A DNA stretch of 43,641 nucleotides from Nemertoderma westbladi (GCA_032718475.1 JAUCBJ010001710.1:1-43641); one strand, 5' to 3'; numbered from the stretch's first letter, positions 13,568 to 26,537 are shown. The notes: generated from the letters alone by a model not told the origin. Numbers and translations are program-made.

Positions 13568-13998
13568 CGGTTCAGGGCCACCATAGTTTGTACATCGCCA
13601 TGGTGGTACAATAAATCTCACTATCTACTAATGCTACGGTACAGTAGAGTGCAGCGAATACAAGGATTACAGTACAGTACAATACATTCAGACTTAAAGA
13701 TGACTAGAAAATCCCTATTCATCTCTCGGTTGAAGTCTGTAAGTAAGTGGCGCTATACATAAGACGAATTAAAAAGTAAAGATAGATGTCTAAGTAATTA
13801 ATATTAGATATTTACCAACGCAGCTATGCGTCCGGAAATCCTAACTTTAATTGCTAATTAAAATGAACAATTAAAGTACTCTCATCGGCACCTGGTAAAA
13901 ACAAATTGATAGCAAATATATACCAAATACTGTAATATAAGAAACAAATAATGTTCATTTAAAACTCTAATATTGGGAACACCAATCCACTATTCTAC

Positions 13999-14023
13999 CC
14001 AACCAACCAACCAACCAACCAAC
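13999..14023. repeat. (CCAA)n microsatellite
   Basis: About six CCAA units. Confidence 0.85.
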
Positions 14024-14388
14024 CCTGGCTATTACTTCAGAACAAGCAGGTTAGTTGGCCAATAAAAGCGATCCAATAAGAAACTATTTCTATTATATTG
14101 TAGGCAGTAATAATTTCATTTATTAAGTGTGTATAAGTATAGTCAGTAAGTCTAGCCAACTGGTGGGGTACAGAGGGGGTGTGTTTACCATTATATCAAT
14201 AGGTCCAGTAAGTCCACCGTTTTAGGGTTGGTTGCTTTTGGAACATTATGAGGGCCGGGAATATTAAACACGCCCTCGCGAAGAATACCAGGTTTTCACT
14301 TTTCGGTCGAAATTTTATAGAAAGTTTTTATATATGAAAATTCTTCATATCGTGGTAAATAACTGCAAAGGAAAATATTACAAATAAA

Positions 14389-16392
14389 ATATACCAGATT
14401 AATACCTGGTATACTTACCGAAATATACCAGATTAATACCTGGTATACTTACCGAAATATACTTACCGAAATACACCAGATTAATACCTGGTATACTTAC
14501 CGAAATATACCAGATTAATACCTGGTATACTTACCGAAATATATCAGATTAATACCTGGTATACTTACCGAAATATACCAGTTTAATACCTGGTATACTT
14601 ACGAAATATACCAGATTAATACCTGGTATACTTACCGAAATATACTTACCGAAATATACCAGATTAATACCTGGTATACTTACCGAAATATACTTACCGA
14701 AATATATCAGATTAATACCTGGTATACTTACCGAAATATACTTACCGAAATATACCAGATTAATACCTGGTATACTTACCGAAATATACCAGTTTAATAC
14801 CTGGTATACTTACCGAAATATACCAGTTTAATACCTGGTATACTTACCGAAATATACCAGATTAATACCTGGTATACTTACCGAAATATACTTACCGAAA
14901 TATACCAGATTAATACCTGGTATACTTACCGAAATATACTTACCGAAATATATCAGATTAATACCTGGTATACTTACCGAAATATACTTACCGAAATATA
15001 CCAGATTAATACCTGGTATACTTACCGAAATATACCAGATTAATACCTGGTATACTTACCGAAATATATCAGATTAATACCTGGTATACTTACCGAAATA
15101 TACTTACCGAAATATACCAGATTAATACCAGATTAATACCTGGTATACTTCACATGGGCGAGATTAATACCTGGTATACTTCACATGGGCGAGATTAATA
15201 CCTGGTATACTTACCGAAATATACCAGATTAATACCTGGTATACTTCACATGGGCGAGATTAATACCTGGTATACTTCACATGGGCGAGATTAATACCTG
15301 GTATACTTACCGAAATATACCAGATTAATACCTGGTATACTTACCGAAATATACTTACCGAAATATACCAGATTAATACCTGGTATACTTACCGAAATAT
15401 ACCAGATTAATACCTGGTATACTTACCGAAATATACCAGTTTAATACCTGGTATACTTCACATGGGCGAGATTAATACCTGGTATACTTACCGAAATATA
15501 CCAGATTAATACCTGGTATACTTACCGAAATATACTTACCGAAATATACCAGATTAATACCTGGTATACTTACCGAAATATACCAGATTAATACCTGGTA
15601 TACTTACCGAAATATACCAGATTAATACCTGGTATACTTACCGAAATATACCAGATTAATACCTGGTACACTTACCGAAATATACTTACCGAAATATACC
15701 AGATTAATACCTGGTATACTTACCGAAATATACCAGATTAATACCTGGTATACTTACCGAAATATACTTACCGAAATATACCAGATTAATACCTGGTATA
15801 CTTACCGAAATATACCAGATTAATACCTGGTATACTTACCGAAATATACCAGATTAATACCTGATATACTTACCGAAATATACCAGATTAATACCTGGTA
15901 TACTTACCGAAATATACCAGATTAATACCTGGTATACTTACCGAAATATACCAGATTAATACCTGGTATACTTACCGAAATATACCAGATTAATACCTGG
16001 TATACTTACCGAAATATACCAGATTAATACCTGGTATACTTACCGAAATATACCAGATTAATACCTGGTATACTTACCGAAATATACCAGATTAATACCT
16101 GGTATACTTACCGAAATATACCAGATTAATACCTGGTATACTTACCGAAATATACCAGATTAATACCTGGTATACTTACCGAAATATACCAGATTAATAC
16201 CTGGTATACTTACCGAAATATACCAGATTAATACCTGGTATACTTACCGAAATATACCAGATTAATACCTGGTATACTTACCGAAATATACCAGATTAAT
16301 ACCTGGTATACTTACCGAAATATACCAGATTAATACCTGGTATACTTACCGAAATATACCAGATTAATACCTAGTATACTTCACATGGGCCA
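14389..16392. repeat. Tandem array, 34-bp monomer TATACCAGATTAATACCTGGTATACTTACCGAAA, ~55 copies
   Basis: 34-bp period (for example 15961 and 15995) with an internal 8-bp stem TATACCAG/CTGGTATA. There are 14-bp sub-duplications and CACATGGGCG variants. Confidence 0.97.
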
Positions 16393-16505
16393 AGATTTTT
16401 TATTTTTTGAATTTATCTTTATTAAGTGTTTTATAGCGATTATTTCAGTCTTATAACCTGTACGTACATATACTAATTATGTTGTTCCAATTCCGATTCC
16501 GACAC

Positions 16506-17013
16506 CAATTCCGTTGTGGAGTACTCCCGCTTGCTGTTGAATCTGGGCGATTTAAATGTAAGCCGCTAGAGGAAAGAGTATGTGAAGTGTGTGGCAGTGG
16601 GTAAGTGGAGGATGAGTACCACTTCTTATTCGAGTGTGGCTCACTGGAAAGGCCCGATTTAGTTATGAAAATAAAGAATGACAGCTCATTAGACAAAAAT
16701 AAAAAATTGGTTAAAATTATGACTGAATCGCAACTAGACCTACCAAAAATTTTAAAGAGAATGTGGATCTTAGTACAGAATGTATATATAAGTAGGTTAC
16801 AGTTAACTAATTATAGTTTTTGTTAAGTTTTTCAGAATAAGATGGGTAGGGTTTATATAATAATGGTGCGGTATATAAGTTAGTATCATTTAGAGGCAAA
16901 TTATTTTATTTTATTGTGCGGTGCAATTATGCATTAATATCTTATAAGTCGCGCAGCGGCTGGGGGCAGTAAGCCCTTGATATTAAAGACTAATATAATA
17001 TAATCTAATCTAA
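16506..17013 (+). mobile_element. 5'-truncated non-LTR retrotransposon remnant (C-terminal CCHC region, 3' UTR and short repeat tail)
   Basis: Translates as QFRCGVLPLAVESGRFKCKPLEERVCEVCGSG*VEDEYHFLFEC, a typical LINE ORF2 C-terminal motif, with an in-frame stop at 16602-16604. The frame ends at 16826. It is followed by a GGGC-AGTAA-GCCC hairpin, ATTAAA and a TAATA/TAATC tail. Confidence 0.88.
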
Positions 17014-17076
17014 CTAATTCGTTTATAGTTTTGGTTTCGATTCAGCCCTTCTGTAACCTGAGTTTTTGGTGAAAAC

Positions 17077-17203
17077 CTGGTATTCTTCACATGGGGGTAA
17101 CTGCAAAGTGAAATATAACGGCAGAAAGTCTGGTATTCTTCACATGGGGGTAACTGCAAAGTGAAATATAACGGCAGAAAGTCTGGTATTCTTCACATGG
17201 GCC
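17077..17203. repeat. 53-bp tandem duplication of the MITE right end (~2.4 copies)
   Basis: CTGGTATTCTTCACATGGG starts at 17077, 17130 and 17183. Confidence 0.9.
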
Positions 17204-17744
17204 CGATTTTATATAATAAATTTTTTTTGTGTTAGACAATAACTTAATAGTTATAACAAAAATGAATGAAATTCTACGACAATTTTAATCATTCATAAAA
17301 ATAACAACAAAAATACCCATTTAGAAGAGCGAGGGAAGAAGGCGACCTATATGGTGCGGTAATGGAGAGGGGCCACATTTTCTATCCTGTGGCCTTTGGG
17401 CCGCCCCGGGGCCGAGAAGCCGTCTTCCTCAGGGAGATCGGTTCTCGTCTACATGCCCGCTCGCACGATCCCAGGTCGCTCAGGTTTCTCCTCCAACGGA
17501 TCCTGGTGGTGCCATCTTGGTTGGGAACTCGGCATCAGTGATGGCCACTGCGGTTATTTGACCTATTAGTGTTGCCAAACTGTATTATACTTTGTTTCTT
17601 CTGCGTAACAATTTAAGAATAAAAAATATATAAAAAAATATATTAAATTTCGTAAATAATATGTTTAAATATTAATGTAATAAATAAAGTTTAATTACCC
17701 ATTTATGGTAAAATTTATGGTAAATACTCGTGTGATGTACAATA

Positions 17745-19028
17745 TAAAACACTTGTTGCCTCCTGAGCAATATGGGTTTATTTCCGGCCGTTCCACAAGG
17801 CAAGCTCTCCCGAAGAAATTTATAGACTTTGTACATATCAATGTGCATGAGACCAAATCTAAACCAGTTTACGCCGCATTTATTGATTTTAAAAAGGCAT
17901 TCGACATGGTAGACAGAAATATATTGCTGCACAAGATGTATACTCAATTTGGAATAAGAGGAAAATTATTTAAACTCATTCGGTCAATATACAGTATAAC
18001 AACAAAATTAAAATTTACGATGGGATTAAATACTCGCCACTGATCACCCAATTACGCGGAATACTAGAAGGCGATTGCTTTTCCCCAACAGCTTTCATCA
18101 TGTTTATCACCGACCTTGCGACCGCTCTACGAGGTATAGGGTCTGTTTTACTTTTCATATTTTTTGCAGACGATCTTGTCCTGTACTCACCTGAAAAAGA
18201 GGCAATACAATCGGGACTGGACAGACTTTATGAATGGTGTAAATCTAACAATATGCTCGTTAACTTATCAAAGACAAAGATTATTAAATTCCGCCGTGGA
18301 GGTCGTCTGGCCAAAGCTGATGTCTTCACCTATGGTGGTCTACCAATTGAAACAATAAATGATACAACTACCAAGGCGTTAAGGCGTTACTCTACAGCCA
18401 ATGTTGTACTTCACACAACATATCGAAAATAAAAAACAACCAGCATATACCTTAATTGGCTGTTTAAGAAATCTCAACCTTGTATCGATGAAACTGGCAT
18501 TAAAATATTCCAAATGAAAATATATCCAGCAGTAATATACGCTTTTCCTGAAATTGCTTCCCGTTTCACTGTTTCAAACCTGAAAGAGATCGACAAAATA
18601 AAATCCACTTTTCTAAAACGGCTTCTTTCACTTCCAACAAATTCATCGTCTACTCTGGCACACCATCTAACCAACTCCAAAACTCTTACTGAAGATATCT
18701 GCGAGCAATATCCCAACCTCGTTGATGCGTATTAGACCTATACTGCACTTTTCGATTGGAACGGAAGGCGAACTACATTGAACAAGGATATTCCTTGGGG
18801 CCAGCGTTCAGAACTAACGTCTGGAGATCCACTAATCAAAGAAATTGCCACATCGTAACAAGAGCAACGGCTCATGGATACCGCCATCTAATTTGTTCGA
18901 CAAAAACCCCATTCCACGACCGATCGGCAGAATGCGCCTGTAAATACTGCGGCAATAGCGCCTAGTATATATACCATGTTCTAGAATGCGCGAACTCGCC
19001 TGAACTGTCACTCCTAGCGGAAGAATAG
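17745..19028 (+). pseudogene. Disrupted non-LTR retrotransposon ORF2 (reverse transcriptase to C-terminal CCHC)
   Basis: Motifs QYGF, FIDFKKAFD, GILEGDCFSP, FADD, VNLSKTK and CKYC...H...C occur in the expected order, broken by frameshifts and stops. The final TAG is at 19026-19028. The clade was not determined. Confidence 0.95.
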
Positions 19029-19036
19029 GTCTCTCA

Positions 19037-21312
19037 AAACACCATTACTTCACTAACTGTAATACTAACCAGTCCTTTTAAACACCATCACTTCACTAAC
19101 TGTAATACTAACCAGTCCTTTTAAACACCATCACTTCACTAACTGTAATACTAACCAGTCCTTTTAAACACCATCACTTCACTAACTGTAATACTAACCA
19201 GTCCTTTTAAACACCATCACTTCACTAACTGTAATACTAACCAGTCCTTTTAAACACCATCACTTCACTAACTGTAATACTAACCAGTCCTTTTAAACAC
19301 CATCACTTCACTAACTGTAATACTAACCAGTCCCTTTAAACACCATCACTTCACTAACTGTAATGCTAACCAGTCCTTTTAAACACCATCACTTCACTAA
19401 CTGTAATACTAACCAGTCCTTTTAAACACCATCACTTCACTAACTGTAATACTAACCAGTCCCTTTAAACACCATCACTTCACTAACTGTAATGCTAACC
19501 AGTCCTTTTAAACACCATCACTTCACTAACTGTAATGCTAACCAGTCCTTTTAAACACCATCACTTCACTAACTGTAATACTAACCAGTCCTTTTAAACA
19601 CCATCACTTCACTAACTGTAATACTAACCAGTCCTTTTAAACACCATCACTTCACTAACTGTAATACTAACCAGTCCCTTTAAACACCATCACTTCACTA
19701 ACTGTAATGCTAACCAGTCCCTTTAAACACCATCACTTCACTAACTGTAATACTAACCAGTCCTTTTAAACACCATCACTTCACTAACTGTAATACTAAC
19801 CAGTCCTTTTAAACACCATCACTTCACTAACTGTAATACTAACCAGTCCTTTTAAACACCATCACTTCACTAACTGTAATACTAACCAGTCCTTTTAAAC
19901 ACCATCACTTCACTAACTGTAATACTAACCAGTCCTTTTAAACTCCATCACTTCACTAACTGTAATACTAACCAGTCCTTTTAAACTCCATCACTTCACT
20001 AACTGTAATACTAACCAGTCCTTTTAAACTCCATCACTTCACTAACTGTAATACTAACCAGTCCTTTTAAACACCATCACTTCACTAACTGTAATACTAA
20101 CCAGTCCTTTTAAACACCATCACTTCACTAACTGTAATACTAACCAGTCCTTTTAAACTCCATCACTTCACTAACTGTAATACTAACCAGTCCTTTTAAA
20201 CTCCATCACTTCACTAACTGTAATACTAACCAGTCCTTTTAAACACCATCACTTCACTAACTGTAATACTAACCAGTCCTTTTAAACTCCATCACTTCAC
20301 TAACTGTAATACTAACCAGTCCTTTTAAACTCCATCACTTCACTAACTGTAATACTAACCAGTCCCTTTAAACACCATCACTTCACTAACTGTAATACTA
20401 ACCAGTCCTTTTAAACACCATCACTTCACTAACTGTAATACTAACCAGTCCTTTTAAACTCCATCACTTCACTAACTGTAATACTAACCAGTCCTTTTAA
20501 ACTCCATCACTTCACTAACTGTAATACTAACCAGTCCCTTTAAACACCATCACTTCACTAACTGTAATACTAACCAGTCCTTTTAAACACCATCACTTCA
20601 CTAACTGTAATACTAACCAGTCCTTTTAAACACCATTACTTCACTAACTGTAATACTAACCAGTCCTTTAAACACCATCACTTCACTAACTGTAATACTA
20701 ACCAGTCCTTTAAACACCATCACTTCACTAACTGTAATACTAACCAGTCCTTTTAAACACCATCACTTCACTAACTGTAATACTAACCAGTCCTTTTAAA
20801 CACCATCACTTCACTAACTGTAATACTAACCAGTCCTTTTAAACTCCATCACTTCACTAACTGTAATACTAACCAGTCCCTTTAAACACCATCACTTCAC
20901 TAACTGTAATACTAACCAGTCCTTTTAAACACCATCACTTCACTAACTGTAATACTAACCAGTCCTTTTAAACACCATCACTTCACTAACTGTAATACTA
21001 ACCAGTCCTTTTAAACTCCATCACTTCACTAACTGTAATACTAACCAGTCCTTTAAACACCATCACTTCACTAACTGTAATACTAACCAGTCCTTTAAAC
21101 ACCATCACTTCACTAACTGTAATACTAACCAGTCCTTTTAAACACCATCACTTCACTAACTGTAATACTAACCAGTCCTTTTAAACACCATCACTTCACT
21201 AACTGTAATACTAACCAGTCCTTTTAAACTCCATCACTTCACTAACTGTAATACTAACCAGTCCTTTAAACACCATCACTTCACTAACTGTAATACTAAC
21301 CAGTCCTTTTAA
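19037..21312. repeat. Tandem array, 43-bp monomer AAACACCATCACTTCACTAACTGTAATACTAACCAGTCCTTTT, ~53 copies
   Basis: 43-bp period (19037, 19080, 19123) and highly homogeneous. Confidence 0.98.
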
Positions 21313-21699
21313 AACTGTCTTTTAACAGTTTTCTACGAAGTTTTATTTCTATATTGTTTTATTTTATTGTTCTGTATTATAGTATAAATACCTTTTAATA
21401 GCTGGACTATATAAATAAAGTACCCGAATTGCCCCGAGTGGGGGGCGTATATTAAAAAAAAAAAAAAATTTATATAATTGTAAAATATAGTAAAGGTTTG
21501 TTAAAAAACTGCCTAGCCCGTATGCTTTAATAACCAAAAACTCAAGTTTGAGCTGCTTGAAGATTTGAAATATTCATTAAATTCCTTCATGATGGGATCA
21601 TAAAAAATAGTGCCAACGAAATGTTAGGTCCGGGAAACATTGGAGGCATTAGGTCTGGGAGTTATTAATGATTCCGCACGGCTTCCTTTATTTTAATCC

Positions 21700-22572
21700 G
21701 CCCTGTCTAACGGTCTCCATCCCCGGAACCATGGACCCCGCATGTCTGACGGCCTCCATCCCCGGAACCATGGACCCCGCCCTGTCTGACGGCCTCCATC
21801 CTCGGAACCATGGACCCCCCCCCCCCCTGTCTGACGGCCTCCATCCCCGGAACCATGGACCGCGCCCTGTCTGACGGCCTCCATCCCCAGAACCATGGAC
21901 CGCGCCCTGTCTGACGGCCTCCATCCCCAGAACCATGGACCCCGCAGTCTGAGTGCCTCCATCCCCCGCCTTGTCTGACGGCCTCCATCCCCGGAACCAT
22001 GGACCCCACCCTGTCTGACGGCCTCCATCCCCGTAACCATGGACCCCCCCCCCCCTGTCTGACGGCCTCCATCCCCGGAACCATGGACCCCCCCCCCCTG
22101 TCTGACGGCCTCCATCCCCGGAACCATGGACCGCGCCCTGTCTGACGGCCTCCATCCCCAGAACCATGGACCCCGCAGTCTGAGTGCCTCCATCCCCCGC
22201 CTTGTCTGACGGCCTCCATCCCCGGAACCATGGACCCCACCCTGTCTGACGGCCTCCATCCCCGTAACCATGGACCGCCCTGTCTGACGGCCTCCATCCC
22301 CGGAACCATGGATGGACCCCCATCCCTGTCTGACTGTCCACATTCCCGGAACCATGGACCCCGCCCTGTCTGATGGTCTCCATCCCCGGAACCATGGACC
22401 CGCCCGCCCTGTCTGACTGCCTCCATCCCCAGAACCATGGATGGACCCCCATCCCTGTCTGACTGTCTCCATTCCCGGAACCATGGACCCCGCCCTGTCT
22501 GATGGCCTCCATCCCCGGAACCATGGACCCGCCCGCCCTGTCTCACGGCCTCCATCCCCGGAACCATGGACC
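21700..22572. repeat. GC-rich minisatellite, ~40-bp monomer CCCTGTCTGACGGCCTCCATCCCCGGAACCATGGACCCCG, ~21 copies
   Basis: Recurrent core with a variable C-run. The variant block GCAGTCTGAGTGCC repeats at ~21944 and ~22175. Confidence 0.95.
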
Positions 22573-23644
22573 TCTCGTTCCTTTATGACCAGAGTGTATT
22601 CATATATCGAACGAGCGCAACGAGGGAGGTTTACATAAATATACAAGGGTTATAAACGCTTAATAATGTATTTTTTTCATATTCTTCTTATGCAATTAAT
22701 CGCAGTTTCTTGTACGGTAAATAATAATCATACACTTAGCCTTTAACGGCTATCATTAACGGAGAATACTCAAGACGTGTTCGAGAAGTTTATTGTTACT
22801 AACTAACTAAGTTAGTGATTACTTTACAGCGTTCCATCGAAAGCGCTGCAAAGTGGTACTTAACTGTTTCGACTCTGAAAGCATATCGCAAGTGAATTAG
22901 AGCATTATTTAGTATTTTGGTTCTTACAATTCCACTCGAGCATTCATATAATAATAAATAGTGGCAGTTCAGAAGATGGTGTACCGACCCCAAGGTAATG
23001 AAACCCCAAGGTAATGATATCCTAGTAATGAAAACAGAGTTTAATAAGGTATTATTTATTTTATTGAAATATTTATGTTTCATAGAATTCAATGATATAA
23101 TATGCTTAGGAAATGCTTTATTAATAAAAGAAACAAAAATTACAGTCTTATAACATAGTAACCACGACAAGCAATGTAACCAACCACTAACGGTGGTTGT
23201 ACGGGTGTAACAACATGTAACAATAATACAAGAGTTTAGATACAATAAAGTCATAGGCACGAATAAACACAAACAGCACCAAACAAGCCGTTGTCTATAC
23301 AGTCCTAACAGATCAAAAAATAAACAGCGAAATTTGGAAAAGTTACTTATAGATATAAAGTTGTGTTACTAATTAATTATTACAGAAACATATTCAGGGT
23401 GAAAGTATATAGAGCTTACTAATTAATAAAAAATCCAATGGCAGGGCAGATAAATAAATATATAGAAAGCTATTAATTACCAAGCAATAATAATAAAAAT
23501 AGCAATCCATATAAATAATCAAGAAATTTCTAACAATATTTCTGGATATCATTATGTTACTACGAGTGTATTTGTATTACACCAGCTATAAAAATGGGGG
23601 TGAGATATTAATTGACGGTATTTAAAAATTGAAACATTTCTTCA

Positions 23645-26537
23645 AACGTTAGTAATAACGAAACGTTAGTAATAACGAAACGTTAGTAATAACGAAACGT
23701 TAGTAATAACGAAACGTTAGTAATAACGAAACGTTAGTAATAACGAAACGTTAGTAATAGCGAAACGTTAGTAACAACGAAACGTTAGTAATAACGAAAC
23801 GTTAGTAATAACGAAACGTTAGTAATAACGAAACGTTAGTAATAACGAAACGTTAGTAATAACGAAACGTTAGTAATAACGAAACGTTAGTAATAACGAA
23901 ACGTTAGTAATAACGAAACGTTAGTAATAACGAAACGTTAGTAATAACGAAACGTTAGTAATAACGAAACGTTAGTAATAACGAAACGTTAGTAATAGCG
24001 AAACGTTAGTAACAACGAAACGTTAGTAATAACGAAACGTTAGTAATAACGAAACGTTAGTAATAACGAAACGTTAGTAATAACGAAACGTTAGTAATAA
24101 CGAAACGTTAGTAATAACGAAACGTTAGTAATAACGAAACGTTAGTAATAACGAAACGTTAGTAATAACGAAACGTTAGTAATAACGAAACGTTAGTAAT
24201 AACGAAACGTTAGTAATAACGAAACGTTAGTAATAACGAAACGTTAGTAATAACGAGACGTTAGTAATAACGAAACGTTAGTAATAACGAGACGTTAGTA
24301 ATAACGAAACGTTAGTAATAACGAAACGTTAGTAATAACGAAACGTTAGTAATAACGAAACGTTAGTAATAACGACGAAACGTTAGTAATAACGAAACGT
24401 TAGTAATAACGAAACGTTAGTAATAACGAAACGTTAGTAATAACGACGAAACGTTAGTAATAACGAAACGTTAGTAATAACGAAACGTTAGTAATAACGA
24501 CGAAACGTTAGTAATAACGAAACGTTAGTAATAACGAAACGTTAGTAATAACGAAACGTTAGTAATAACGACGAAACGTTAGTAATAACGAAACGTTAGT
24601 AATAACGAAACGTTAGTAATAACGAAACGTTAGTAATAACGAAACGTTTGTAAAAACGAAACGTTAGTAATAACGACGAAACGTTAGTAATAACGAAACG
24701 TTAGTAATAACGAAACGATAGTAACGAAGAAAAGTTAGTAATAACGAAACGTTAGTAATAACGAAACGTTAGTAATAACGAAACGTTAGTAATAACGAAA
24801 CGTTAGTAATAACGAAACGTTAGTAATAACGAAACGTTAGTAACAACGAAACGTTAGTAATAACGAAACGTTAGTAATAACGAAACGTTAGTAATAACGA
24901 CGAAACGTTAGTAATAACGAGACGTTAGTAATAACGAAACGTTAGTAATAACGACGAAACGTTAGTAATAACGAAACGTTAGTAATAACGAAACGTTAGT
25001 AATAACGAAACGTTAGTAATAACGAAACGTTAGTAATAACGAAACGTTAGTAATAACGAAACGTTAGTAATAACGAAACGTTAGTAATAACGAAACGTTA
25101 GTAATAACGAAACGTTAGTAATAACGAAACGTTAGTAATAACGAAACGTTAGTAATAACGACGAAACGTTAGTAATAACGAAACGTTAGTAATAACGACG
25201 AAACGTTAGTAATAACGAAACGTTAGTAATAACGAAACGTTAGTAATAACGACGAAACGTTAGTAATAACGACGAAACGTTAGTAATAACGAAACGTTAG
25301 TAATAACGAAACATTAGTAATAACGAAACGTTAGTAATAACGAAACGTTAGTAATAACGAAACGTTAGTAATAACGACGAAACGTTAGTAATAACGAGAC
25401 GTTAGTAATAACGAAACGTTAGTAATAACGAAACGTTAGTAATAACGAAACGTTAGTAATAACGAAACGTTAGTAATAACGAAACGTTAGTAATAACGAA
25501 ACGTTAGTAATAACGAAACGTTAGTAATAACGACGAAACGTTAGTAATAACGAGACGTTAGTAATAACGAAACGTTAGTAATAACGACGAAACGTTAGTA
25601 ATAACGAAACGTTAGTAATAACGAAACGTTAGTAATAACGAAACGTTAGTAATAACGAAACGTTAGTAATAACGAAACGTTAGTAATAACGAAACGTTAG
25701 TAATAACGAAACGTTAGTAATAACGAAACGTTAGTAATAACGACGAAACGTTAGTAATAACGAGACGTTAGTAACAACGAGACGTTAGTAATAACGAAAC
25801 GTTAGTAATAACGAAACGTTAGTAATAACGAAACGATAGTAACAACGAAAAGTTAGTAATAACGAAACGTAGTAATAACGAAACGTTAGTAATAACGAAA
25901 CGTTAGTAATAACGAACCGTTAGTAACAACGAAACGTTAGTAATAACGAGACGTTAGTAACAACGAGACGTTAGTAATAACGAAACGTTAGTAATAACGA
26001 AACGATAGTAATAACGAAACGTTAGTAATAACGAAACGTTAGTAATAACGAAACGTAGTAATAACGAAACGTTAGTAATAACGAAACGTTAGTAATAACG
26101 AACCGTTAGTAACAACGAAACGTTAGTAATAACGAAACGTTAGTAATAACGAAACGTTAGTAATAACGAAACGTTAGTAATAACGACGAAACGTTAGTAA
26201 TAACGAGACGTTAGTAACAACGAGACGTTAGTAATAACGAAACGTTAGTAATAACGAAACGATAGTAATAACGAAACGTTAGTAATAACGAAACGTTAGT
26301 AATAACGAAACGTAGTAATAACGAAACGTTAGTAATAACGAAACGTTAGTAATAACGAACCGTTAGTAACAACGAAACGTTAGTAATAACGAAACGTTAG
26401 TAATAACGAAACGTTAGTAATAACGAAACGTTAGTAATAACGACGAAACGTTAGTAATAACGACGAAACGTTAGTAATAACGAAACGATAGTAACGAAGA
26501 AAAGTTAGTAATAACGAAACGTTAGTAATAACGAAAC
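23645..26537. repeat. Tandem array, 17-bp monomer AAACGTTAGTAATAACG, ~165 copies
   Basis: 17-bp period with +ACG variants and a CGTTA/TAACG internal inverted repeat. Confidence 0.98.

Larger units (their letters stand above)
12478..13585. mobile_element. Non-autonomous DNA transposon with 18-bp TIRs and 6-bp TSD (IS3EU-like)
   Basis: Perfect TIR TATGGTGGCCCTGAACCG (12478-12495) / CGGTTCAGGGCCACCATA (13568-13585). GTTTGT sits directly outside both ends (12472-12477 and 13586-13591). No transposase ORF is present. Confidence 0.88.
14272..17203. mobile_element. Composite MITE-like element containing a 34-bp array and a nested LINE fragment
   Basis: Left end GCCCTCGCGAAGAATACCAGGTTTTCAC (14272-14299) is inverted relative to GTGAAAACCTGGTATTCTTCACATGGG (17069-17095) and CTGGTATTCTTCACATGGGC (17183-17202). 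A homologous fragment lies at 30738-30827. No TSD was identified. Confidence 0.7.
17745..21468 (+). mobile_element. 5'-truncated LINE whose 3' UTR is interrupted by a 43-bp array and ends in poly(A)
   Basis: Order is ORF2 remnant, array, AT-rich UTR, GCCCC..GGGGC hairpin (21431-21446) and A15 (21454-21468). The 5' boundary is approximate. Confidence 0.75.

Noticed and set aside
14404-14425. U1 snRNA gene
   Set aside because: Only the first 9 nt match, and the rest of U1 is absent.
21668-22646. Gly-rich ORFs
   Set aside because: All three minus frames are open across a minisatellite.
22799-23272. 157-aa minus-strand ORF
   Set aside because: It is AT-rich with no recognisable domain and overlaps the probable DUSP 3' end.
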